64,000 nt of DNA from an uncultured virus (IMG/VR IMGVR_UViG_3300025789_000002) (Duplodnaviria; Heunggongvirae; Uroviricota; Caudoviricetes): the IMG/VR virus record IMGVR_UViG_3300025789_000002; one strand, 5' to 3'. The position numbers were made by a program, and so were the translations under genes. The notes beneath the pieces are model-generated. The model was not told where the DNA came from and did no database searches. It worked only from the letters and a program-made list of their open reading frames with translations. The number at the start of each line of letters is the position of its first letter. Positions within the stretch are counted from its first letter, which is position 1. This document shows positions 43,798-53,100 of this stretch, piece by piece.

Positions 43798-45166
43798 CGT
43801 ATATTCTTGGCCGGGTGTATACCCACCAATGCAGCACCAACGTGAGACAGCGATATTTTTAGCAACTAATCAAAGAGCCTTTTGTTTTAACGAGCAAGGC
43901 ACAGGCAAGACAGCCTCATCTATATGGGCAGCAGATTGCCTTATGGAGCAAGAGATTATCCGTAGGGTTTTAATTATCTGCCCTCTTTCTATTATGCAGT
44001 CAGCGTGGCAAGCAGATTTATTTAAGTTTGCCGTACATAGAAAAGTAGCCGTAGCTTATGGTGACCGTCTAAAGCGTAGAGCAATCATTGAAAGTGACGC
44101 CGACTTCGTTATCATTAATTATGATGGTGTAGAGATTGTTGCTGATGCTATTGCTAACGGTGGGTTTGACTTAATTATTATTGACGAAGCGAACGCATAC
44201 AAAACAGTGACCACTCAGCGGTGGAAAACACTTAATAAACTTATTACTGAAGACACTTGGTTATGGATGATGACAGGCACACCGGCAGCTCAAAGTCCTA
44301 CTGATGCTTTCGGATTAGCTAAGATGTGTGTTCCAGGTAATGTCCCACGTTTCTTTGGTGCGTTCCGTGATAAGACGATGGTAAACATTACTAAGTTCAA
44401 GTGGATACCAAGACCTGATGCTAGTGATGTTGTTTTTAAAGCCCTACAACCTGCAATTAGATTTACTAAAGAAGATTGCTTAGACCTACCTGAGGTGACC
44501 CATGTTTTTAGAGATGCTCCGCTTACTCCGCAACAAGATAAATACTATAAGCTTCTTAAAAAAGAAATGCTCATGCACGCCGACGGAGAAGAAATCAGCA
44601 CCGTCAATGCCGCCGTCAATCTTAACAAACTCTTACAGATATCAGGAGGAGCTGTTTATACTGATAGTGGCTCTGTTGTTGAATTCGATGTTACTAATCG
44701 CCTTCGTGTTATAACAGAAGTAATTGAAGAGTCAAGCAATAAGGTACTTGTCTTTGTCCCATTCACGCATACAATAGAGTTGCTCAGTGCGCATTTGAGA
44801 GGGGCAGGTATTGTCTGCGATATCATAAATGGTAACGTTCCCGTATCTAAGCGAACTGAAATATTTAAAAGATTTCAAGAGACTGAATACCCAAAAGTCC
44901 TTTTAATTCAACCACAAGCAGCAGCACATGGTGTTACTCTAACAGCAGCAGACACTATCATATGGTATTCCCCAGTAACGTCTATAGAAACCTATTTGCA
45001 AGCAAACGCACGTATAGATCGACAAGGGCAAAAGAACACAATGACTATTGTGCATATTAAGGGTTCTCCCGTAGAAGCAAAATTATATGCAATGCTTCAA
45101 ACAAAACTAGAAGTCCATGATAAACTGATCGACCTTTATAACAATGAAGTTGAAGAAGGGTCTTGA
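43784..45166 (+). CDS. SNF2-family helicase
   Basis: QGTGKT, IIDEA, MTGTP, GVTLT.A, QANARIDR.GQ. Confidence 0.9.
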   Translation: MEKPDVYSWPGVYPPMQHQRETAIFLATNQRAFCFNEQGTGKTASSIWAADCLMEQEIIRRVLIICPLSIMQSAWQADLFKFAVHRKVAVAYGDRLKRRAIIESDADFVIINYDGVEIVADAIANGGFDLIIIDEANAYKTVTTQRWKTLNKLITEDTWLWMMTGTPAAQSPTDAFGLAKMCVPGNVPRFFGAFRDKTMVNITKFKWIPRPDASDVVFKALQPAIRFTKEDCLDLPEVTHVFRDAPLTPQQDKYYKLLKKEMLMHADGEEISTVNAAVNLNKLLQISGGAVYTDSGSVVEFDVTNRLRVITEVIEESSNKVLVFVPFTHTIELLSAHLRGAGIVCDIINGNVPVSKRTEIFKRFQETEYPKVLLIQPQAAAHGVTLTAADTIIWYSPVTSIETYLQANARIDRQGQKNTMTIVHIKGSPVEAKLYAMLQTKLEVHDKLIDLYNNEVEEGS

Positions 45167-45191
45167 CAAAGTAAATAAGCTGTTGTAGTAT
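45163..45191 (+). promoter_or_regulatory. Sigma70 promoter
   Basis: TTGACA-17bp-TAGTAT. Confidence 0.7.
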
Positions 45192-45238
45192 CTATCTAAC
45201 AGACGTAGAGCTGTGAAAATAAATCTTGAAAGGATAGT

Positions 45239-45634
45239 ATGGAAGATACAAATTTAGACCAATTAGTTGAAGTCTATATAAAGATACGTGACGCTAAGTC
45301 CGAGGCAGCGAAGAAAGCTGCTGAAGTAGAAGCTGAATTTGATGCGCAGTTAGATACACTTGAGCAGCATATGTTGGAAGCCTGCAAAACTACTGGAGCA
45401 TCAAGTATTAAAACGCCACATGGCACAATCATGCAGTCAGTAAAAACACGGTATTGGACAAATGACTGGGAAAAGTTTTATCAGTTTATGTTTGAGAACC
45501 ATGTACCTGAGTTGCTTGAGAAACGTATTCAACAAACAAACATGAAACAATTTTTAGAAGAAAACCCCGATATCCTACCGCAGGGGCTAAACGTGGATAG
45601 GGAACACTCGATAACTGTAAGGAGAAGTAAATGA
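45239..45634 (+). CDS. Coiled-coil replication-module protein (Gam/gp157-like fold possible)
   Basis: YIKIRD...SIKT.HGT...DW..F...LLEKR. Confidence 0.6.
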   Translation: MEDTNLDQLVEVYIKIRDAKSEAAKKAAEVEAEFDAQLDTLEQHMLEACKTTGASSIKTPHGTIMQSVKTRYWTNDWEKFYQFMFENHVPELLEKRIQQTNMKQFLEENPDILPQGLNVDREHSITVRRSK

Positions 45635-45810
45635 ACCCAAATGATATTCAACTAAGAGCAATGACTCTAGACTTAGCAATCAAGGCACACACTGATGGGG
45701 CTATTGATTGGAGTGAACCTGATGCTGGCGATACAGATGCATTAGTACATACAGCACAAAAGTTTTACGATTATCTAACTGGATCAACAACTGTAGAGGT
45801 GGTAGCATGA
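45631..45810 (+). CDS. 59-aa hypothetical protein
   Basis: Read by hand; coupled at both ends. Confidence 0.5.
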   Translation: MNPNDIQLRAMTLDLAIKAHTDGAIDWSEPDAGDTDALVHTAQKFYDYLTGSTTVEVVA

Positions 45811-46700
45811 GCGAAATTACTTTATTTAACCAAGACTTACCTGACTATTTAAAAGACGTAGAATTAGATGCAGTAACTAAAGCCCTAGTCGGTAATGGTG
45901 GTAGCAAGCGTATTTCTTTGCGTGGTGGCAAGTTCCGTATGGTTGTAAATGGCGAGGAAATCCTTACTAGCAATAGCGATACTTTGAATGTAGTTATCGT
46001 TAACGCTGCTAAGGATGTATCTCGTACTTTTTATGAAGGCGTATATAACCCTAAAGAAAAAGCTGGACCTCCTGATTGTTGGTCCGCGGACGGCGTAACC
46101 CCTGATGCTTCTATAGCAGAACCACAACATCATAATTGCGGTGAGTGCCCACAAAATATTAAAGGGTCTGGTGCAGGTGGTGGTCGTGCGTGCCGTCACT
46201 TCCGTAGGATTGCAGTAGCATTAGCCGACGATATCGGTGGAGACATCTACCAGCTCACTTTAGCTTCAAAGTCTATTTTTGGTAAGGGAGATTTAAACCA
46301 TATGCCATTTGAGCAATACGCTAAGTATGTAGGTTCACAAGGCTATAACTTAAATACTTTATCTACTGAGATGCGCTTTGATGAAGATAGCGATACTGCT
46401 AAGTTGTATTTTAAACCCTTGAAGTTCTTATCCAAAGAACAATGGGAAGTTGCTAAGAAGCAAGGCACAACACCAGCAGCTATTAAAGCCGTTGAGATGA
46501 GCGTACCTAAAAACCCAACAGGCGAGAATGCTCCGAAGTTAGTTGCACCTGCGTATATCCATAGGGACGTACCAAAGTTTGAACAAGAAGAGCCTGAAGT
46601 AGCAGAACCTAAGAAACGTGCTGAGAAAAAAGCTGTGGAACCTACGCCTAAGAAAGACCTAAAAGCTATCATGGGTGACTGGAGCAAAGAATCAACATGA
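45807..46700 (+). CDS. Putative ssDNA-binding/annealing protein
   Basis: RISLRGGKF...P.CWS.DG..P...C..CPQN.KGS...RAC; charged tail. Confidence 0.6.
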   Translation: MSEITLFNQDLPDYLKDVELDAVTKALVGNGGSKRISLRGGKFRMVVNGEEILTSNSDTLNVVIVNAAKDVSRTFYEGVYNPKEKAGPPDCWSADGVTPDASIAEPQHHNCGECPQNIKGSGAGGGRACRHFRRIAVALADDIGGDIYQLTLASKSIFGKGDLNHMPFEQYAKYVGSQGYNLNTLSTEMRFDEDSDTAKLYFKPLKFLSKEQWEVAKKQGTTPAAIKAVEMSVPKNPTGENAPKLVAPAYIHRDVPKFEQEEPEVAEPKKRAEKKAVEPTPKKDLKAIMGDWSKEST

Positions 46701-46924
46701 GTCTAAGAGGCTATAGCTACCTCCTTGTAAAAGCCAATAAAGCTGCTGACACTAAAAGTATTGGAGTCAAGCTGGGTAGGTATTGCATTGCTAATGACAT
46801 TGAAGTTGCACGAGTTGCTGCAGTATTAGGCGTAAGTCGTATGACGGTGTATCAATGGTTTACTGGCAAGGCAACCCCTCACAAGGATAAAGTAGACAGA
46901 ATACAAGAGCTATTAAGTAAATAG
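46697..46924 (+). CDS. XRE/Cro-like HTH regulator
   Basis: VAAVLGVSRMTVYQWFTG. Confidence 0.8.
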   Translation: MSLRGYSYLLVKANKAADTKSIGVKLGRYCIANDIEVARVAAVLGVSRMTVYQWFTGKATPHKDKVDRIQELLSK

Positions 46925-46933
46925 TTTACCCCC

Positions 46934-46987
46934 AGGGCAGCTAGTTTGACGGAGCGAAAAGGGAGACGCCGAATCCCCTGCTGCCCT
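46934..46987 (+). promoter_or_regulatory. Structured leader upstream of primase gene
   Basis: AGGGCAGC/GCTGCCCT stem enclosing a GGGA/TCCC hairpin. Confidence 0.45.
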
Positions 46988-47012
46988 TCCTTTCTTCGGA
47001 TTTTGAGGTGAT

Positions 47013-49862
47013 ATGGCAACGAAAGATTTATTGACAGCAGTACTATCCCCACAAGGGTGGTATTGCATTGTCGGTCTAAAACAAGAAGGGCATCCACGGC
47101 AAGTATTTGCAGAGACTTTAGTAGAAGCTGAAGATGAAATTGCAAACTTGTTGGCTCAAAATTACGATGTGTATTTTGCATGTGCAAAGTATGAGAACGA
47201 TACCGACGGGCGTACACAAAAGAATAGTACGTACTTTAAATCCTTTTGGTTAGATGTAGATTGTGGTATTGATAAAGATTTAACTGGTAAAGGTTATGTC
47301 GACCAAGAAACAGGCATAGCTGAGTTAAAGATATTTTGTGATAAGACTGGCCTGCCATTACCGACTATAGTTAATTCTGGTCGTGGCGTTCATGCATACT
47401 GGAGACTTGCAGAAACTATTACTCGTACTGAGTGGAAGCCTGTAGCTGACCGTATAAAAGCATTGTGTGAAGAGCATGGATTTAGGGCTGACCCATCACG
47501 TACTGCGGAGAGTGCATCTATTCTTCGTGTACCTGAGACTCTTAACTTTAAACAAGAACCGCCGTTACCTGTTGAGATTTTAGCTATTGCACCTGAGACA
47601 GACTATGAAGATATTAAAGGAATCATAGGAGTATTAATCGCTCCAGACTATATCCCACGTCAAGCAAGTGCAATGTCACAAGCTATGTTTAACAATCGTC
47701 AAAGTCGTTTTAAAACGATTATGATTAAGACTACCGAAGGTAAAGGTTGTGCTCAACTAGAGCATATTGCTATTAACCAAGAATCTATTGAGGAACCATT
47801 ATGGAGAGCAGGACTATCTATTGCTCAAGCGTGCATTGATGCGGACGAAGCGATTCATATCATTTCGAGTAACCACCCTGAGTACGATGCGCATCAGACT
47901 GAAAGGAAGGCAGCCTCAACTAAAGGACCATATACCTGTACGACATTTGAGAAGCTCAATCCCGAGGGGTGTAAGGAATGCCCGCACAAGGGTTCGCTAT
48001 CGTCTCCGATACAGCTCGGCTCTGAAATTGCGGCCGCTCCCAAGGATGCTCCTATCGTCGTGGAAACAGATGAAGGTGAAAGACAAACTTTTAAGATTCC
48101 AGAATATCCCTTCCCATACTTTAGGGGAAAAAGCGGCGGAGTCTATAAACGAGCAATAGACGAAGATGATGAAGACAGCGATGGCCCTACTGTAGTCTAC
48201 GAACATGACCTATATGTAGTTAAGCGTTTGTTTGACCCTAACAAGGGCGAGACTGTATGGATTAGATTGCACTTACCTATGGATGGTATGCGTGAATTTG
48301 CAATGCCTCAAACAGATGCACTAACTTATGAGAGGTTACGTGAGAAATTAGCTTGGTATGGTGTAGCTGCCCCCAAGAAACAAATGGATAACATAATGCA
48401 TTACATCATTATGTCAATTAAGGAAATGCAATTTAAAGATAAGGTAGAAATGATGCGAACACAATTTGGTTGGGCAGACAACGATAGTACATTTATTCTT
48501 GGTGACCAAGAGATTAGCGCAACAGGCTCGAGATATAGTCCTCCTTCTAGTGCTACTGGTAGCTTAGCGAACCATATGAAACCTACTGGTGATTTAGAAG
48601 TATGGCAGTCCATAGCTAATACTTATAATGCTCCTAGCTTTGAACCGCATGCGTTTGGATTTTTTACCGCTTTCGGGGCACCCCTGCTTAAACACCTTAA
48701 CTTAAAAGGTGCAATTATTAACCTCGTCAATAACACGTCGGGCACAGGTAAATCTACAGTACTTAAAATGTGCAATAGCGTATATGGTCATCCTGAGGAA
48801 CTAATGCTTCAGTGGAAAGATACTATGAACTCTATGGTTCATCGCTTGGGTATTATGAATAACTTGCCTGTAACTATTGACGAGATTACTAAGTTATCGG
48901 GAGACAATTTCTCGGACTTAGCGTACAGCATATCTCAAGGCCGTGGTAAGAACCGCATGATGCAGCATGATAATGCCGAGCGAATTAATGCTACTAAGTG
49001 GGCGACTATTGCGCTATGTAGTTCCAATGCTTCATTCTATGACAAACTTGCTTCTATCAAAGCTACTCCGGATGGTGAGTTCATGCGCCTGCTAGAGTAT
49101 AGGATTGAAGTAACCGAGGCCTTAACGAAGGAAGAAGCCGATGCTATATTCAATGAGCTTTATTCTAACTATGGTCACGCAGGGGATATGTATATTAAGT
49201 ACCTCGTAGCAAACTTAGAAACAGCGATTGATACAGTTATTCAAGTACAAAAGAAGTTAGATGAGGAAGTAAACTTCACAAGCCGTGAGCGTTTCTGGTC
49301 GGCGACGGCTGCATGTAATATTGCAGGAGCTTTGCTTGCTAAGGATCTAGGTATTATCCCTGACTTTGATATTGGCAGAGTGTATCGCTGGTTAGTTAAA
49401 GAATTACAAGCCATGCGTGGTGAAGTAAGAACGCCGACTGCAACCAACCAAGCTAGTGTTATTGGTGAGTTTATGAATGAGCACCGTGCATCTACCCTAG
49501 TTATTAATAGTAAGGCCGATGCTAGATCAGGAATGGAGCAGTTACCCATTGTTGAGCCAAAATTTAATGATCTCTTCGTTCGCATTGAGCCTGATGATAA
49601 GCGCCTTTATATCAATGCCAAGCAACTGCGTACTTACTGCGCTAAGCAACAGATTACTCTTAAGGACATCCTCAAGGGACTAACCGCTGACGGTATCTAT
49701 CTAGGGCAAGTGAAGAAGCGTTTGTCTAAAGGAACCAAGTTATCTTCTCCAGCTATTGACGCCTATGTATTTGACCTTAGTGCTGAGAACTTCTTGGATA
49801 CTGAGACTTATATAACCGCTGCAAAGAACGCACCTGATGTTGATTCACGGGCTGGACTTTAA
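47013..49862 (+). CDS. Primase-polymerase plus DUF927 helicase
   Basis: WLDVD and SGRGVHAYW primase motifs, LRVP.T.N, Cys cluster, SGTGKS Walker A, IDE. Confidence 0.85.
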   Translation: MATKDLLTAVLSPQGWYCIVGLKQEGHPRQVFAETLVEAEDEIANLLAQNYDVYFACAKYENDTDGRTQKNSTYFKSFWLDVDCGIDKDLTGKGYVDQETGIAELKIFCDKTGLPLPTIVNSGRGVHAYWRLAETITRTEWKPVADRIKALCEEHGFRADPSRTAESASILRVPETLNFKQEPPLPVEILAIAPETDYEDIKGIIGVLIAPDYIPRQASAMSQAMFNNRQSRFKTIMIKTTEGKGCAQLEHIAINQESIEEPLWRAGLSIAQACIDADEAIHIISSNHPEYDAHQTERKAASTKGPYTCTTFEKLNPEGCKECPHKGSLSSPIQLGSEIAAAPKDAPIVVETDEGERQTFKIPEYPFPYFRGKSGGVYKRAIDEDDEDSDGPTVVYEHDLYVVKRLFDPNKGETVWIRLHLPMDGMREFAMPQTDALTYERLREKLAWYGVAAPKKQMDNIMHYIIMSIKEMQFKDKVEMMRTQFGWADNDSTFILGDQEISATGSRYSPPSSATGSLANHMKPTGDLEVWQSIANTYNAPSFEPHAFGFFTAFGAPLLKHLNLKGAIINLVNNTSGTGKSTVLKMCNSVYGHPEELMLQWKDTMNSMVHRLGIMNNLPVTIDEITKLSGDNFSDLAYSISQGRGKNRMMQHDNAERINATKWATIALCSSNASFYDKLASIKATPDGEFMRLLEYRIEVTEALTKEEADAIFNELYSNYGHAGDMYIKYLVANLETAIDTVIQVQKKLDEEVNFTSRERFWSATAACNIAGALLAKDLGIIPDFDIGRVYRWLVKELQAMRGEVRTPTATNQASVIGEFMNEHRASTLVINSKADARSGMEQLPIVEPKFNDLFVRIEPDDKRLYINAKQLRTYCAKQQITLKDILKGLTADGIYLGQVKKRLSKGTKLSSPAIDAYVFDLSAENFLDTETYITAAKNAPDVDSRAGL

Positions 49863-50034
49863 GATAGAGTGGTCTAAGTTTATAGTTGGCGCTTCCTTTT
49901 TTATCCCTTGTTTGGATACCAAAGAGGCGCTGACTCAGATTAAACGTACCACTAGCAGACTAAGATTCCGCATAAAATCCCGGGCCGTTATCGAAGAAGG
50001 GGTTTATGGCTTGCGTGTTTGGAGAATTAAGTAG
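49837..50034 (+). CDS. Small DNA-binding-like protein
   Basis: W..F.VG.SFFIP...GLRVWR. Confidence 0.65.
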   Translation: MLIHGLDFKIEWSKFIVGASFFIPCLDTKEALTQIKRTTSRLRFRIKSRAVIEEGVYGLRVWRIK

Positions 50035-50087
50035 TATTATCGGGGGGTAGTCCGTTTGGTTTCGGCTACTCCTTTCGAGTGATATTT

Positions 50088-50116
50088 GGTCCCGCCGTAA
50101 AAAGCGGGACTTTTTT
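50088..50116. terminator. Terminator at convergence of the two arms
   Basis: GTCCCGC/GCGGGAC stem plus T run. Confidence 0.8.
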
Positions 50117-53100
50117 ATTCTTCAGAATACCCAAGCATCGGTGCTAGCTTGCCAATAGCCTTCTTATTAATGTTTACGCCACCTGTCATATTGGCTAAAG
50201 CACGCTGCATGTAACGACGTTTAATTGAAGCCTGTAATCCTTTTGCGTCAATCATATACTCAGGATTTGCTGTATCAAACTTAATAATCTTTTGCATTAC
50301 ACGCTGTTGCATATCAGAATCACCGCTATCAAATGCCATAAAGAAAGCGTTTTCTAAGTCAGTCTTGCGTTGAGTAATTTCCATATCTTGGCTCTTCATT
50401 TCCATTGCAGCTTTTTGTTTTTGAGCTGTATCTTCTGGAGAGAAACCAAGCATTTGTTTTAAAGCGTCTCGTGCTGGAACGTTATCGTCTAGTGTGTCGC
50501 CCTTCATAGTTAGAGCTTTACCCTCTACTAAATACCTAGTACCGACAAAGATATTCTTAATACCGGCGGGTAACATAGCTTCAGCAGCACGTTCATAGTG
50601 CCCGTCATTTAGACGTTTAAGCGCCTCGGCGTATCCTAGTGCAGCACCAGCTACAGGACCCATTAAGTTAGTCATAACATTTTGTAAATATTGCACTTCA
50701 TCTTGGCTTTTCTTAACGCTTGGGAACCACATATCGCTCATGTTAATACTCATACGGTCTGCAAAGTTTGCTCCAGTAGCCTGGGATAATACGCCACGAG
50801 ATATAGAGTCGCCGACAAACCCACCAAAATGCCTATTACACCAATTCTTAAACCAATTATCTGCATCAAATGGCTCGTCAGAATCACCAAAAGCAGCGTG
50901 GAAAGCTGATGCAATAGCAGAGAATAGGAAGTAGAAAGGCATACCAGATAGGCCAGCAGTAATCATAGTCATACCCATCATGCCCCAGAAAGATTCAATT
51001 GCTTCTTTCTTAATATCTTTTAGCTCAGCCTCTTTAGCTTTCATTAATTCAGCTTTGCGTGGGTCTTTTTCTACTTGCTTCGCATAGGCTTCTAACTCAG
51101 TTTTCATGCCCCCGCCTAAGGAGTTATAGAATGTACGTGCCATTAGCACAGTCATTTGCTGTGGGTACATCTTAAACTGAGACACAATACTTACTAAGTT
51201 ACCACGGAAGTAGCGGGGCTTATTAGCTGTGTTGTAGTTAAACATAGTCTTTTGAACTAGGTCACGTGCATCCTGAGTAGCTTTCTCAAATGCTTTTGCA
51301 GGGCTAAGAGTCTGTATGTGCTTAGCATAGGCTAGCTCAAACGTAGCCATGTATGTAGTTTCACGGTTGTATTTCTCAGCTGCATGGAATGGTAAGCTGG
51401 CATAGTACATGAACTTTTGGAAGCGCCCAGTATAGTCTGCTGATGGAGTATCACCAACGTGTGCGCTCTCATGACTAAGGGTTGTATCAATAGCACCAAG
51501 CAACACACCTTTTTCATATGCATCGGCATAAGTCATTGCTACTTTGTTGGTCTGTCCGGTAGTCTCATCTACTTTATCTATTAGAATCTTTTTGCCGTTC
51601 TTGTCTAGCAATGGCATCTCGCTCATCTTAGAACGTGCTAGGGATAGGAATTCGTATTTACCAGTCTTATCATTAACAAAACCAGTTCCCCCTAAAAGCT
51701 TATTGTATTTTGCAAGCGCAGCCAAAACAGGCTTAGTGCCATACTTAGCTCGGGCAAATGGAATATAGATTCCAGGGATTGCCATCATGTTCACAACAGC
51801 GGAAGCGGGCGAAGTTAAGAAATGTAAAAAGCCAAATTGTGTAATACCACGCACTATAGCGCTTTGCTTTGGCGGCTCAAGTACTGCAGTCTTTAAGTTT
51901 AGCTCTAATTCACGCACTAACGCACGATTTAATGCTGCTTCTTTACCATAAGGCATATCTCGTAAACGAATGCGTGCGGCTTCAACTGCGTTAAATAACT
52001 GTGGCATATGTTCAAAGCGGGCCCGTTGATACGCAATACGGTATCTAGATTCTGCAAAAGCACGAAGCATATCCTCGCTCGCACCTTGAATGTTGTCACG
52101 ATGTAGGAACATTTTGCGAATACTTTGGTTAGGTGCAATCTCTAGCACGTATTGATCCATGCTATCTTTCATAGCTTCACGAAGCGAATTAAGTTCGTTA
52201 CCCACTGCAGTAGGGTCGGCAGCCACATCTTCTGTAGCCATATCAATACGTTCTTTTAGCCTATTAAGCTGAGCAATGTCAGATAAGCTAGATTTAGCAA
52301 GTTCTGTAAAACCCTCGCCAGTACGAAGTAAAGTATTAATATCCTCGTCTTTATATCCTTGTTTACGTTTATCTGCTTTTACTTGTTCTATACCAGCATT
52401 TCGTGCTGCAGCAGACTCGAACTGCATAAAGATTTTATCTTTACCTTTTCCAAACTGGAGCCAGTATTCTCCAAAACGTTTTAATGGGAAATAAGGACTA
52501 ATAATTCCTTCTTGGATAGCTTTACGCTGCTCTAATGCAAGCCGCTTAATTTCTTTAGGGTCGGTGTTTTTAGCCTGCTCCCTTTCTACTAAACGTTTTT
52601 CTTGTATCTCTAAATACTCATCCATACGACGCTCGTAAAATGCACGGACATCTCTATAGATTTTCATTGCGATAGCGCCATCTTTACCTGATACTAACTT
52701 ATTCCATGCTTCTTGCGTTTTAGGGAAGTTAGGCAAATCTTTAGCGTTATACCCACGGCTTGTTGGGTCTGGATCTATTTTGTTAATAGTAGCTTGTAGC
52801 ATCATATGTGCTAATTGCTGAGATTTTTCTGGATTAGATTTAAGTAGCTCAGCCCATGCTCTAATAGGTTTGTCACCTTCTGCCATAATGCGATTACGAG
52901 TAGCAATCATGGCGTCTATTTCATGCACATAAAGCTTAAACTGTGGTAATTCCTCGCCTGCTAAGTCTGTAAGTTGGTCAAGGGTCAATGCGCCGAGTAA
53001 ATACTGACGGTAATGGTCGTTCACATTAGTAAAGAAGCTCTTTACGTTCGCTTTATTAACGTCTTTCCAATTTAGGCGGCCTTTAATTAAACGGCTCCAG

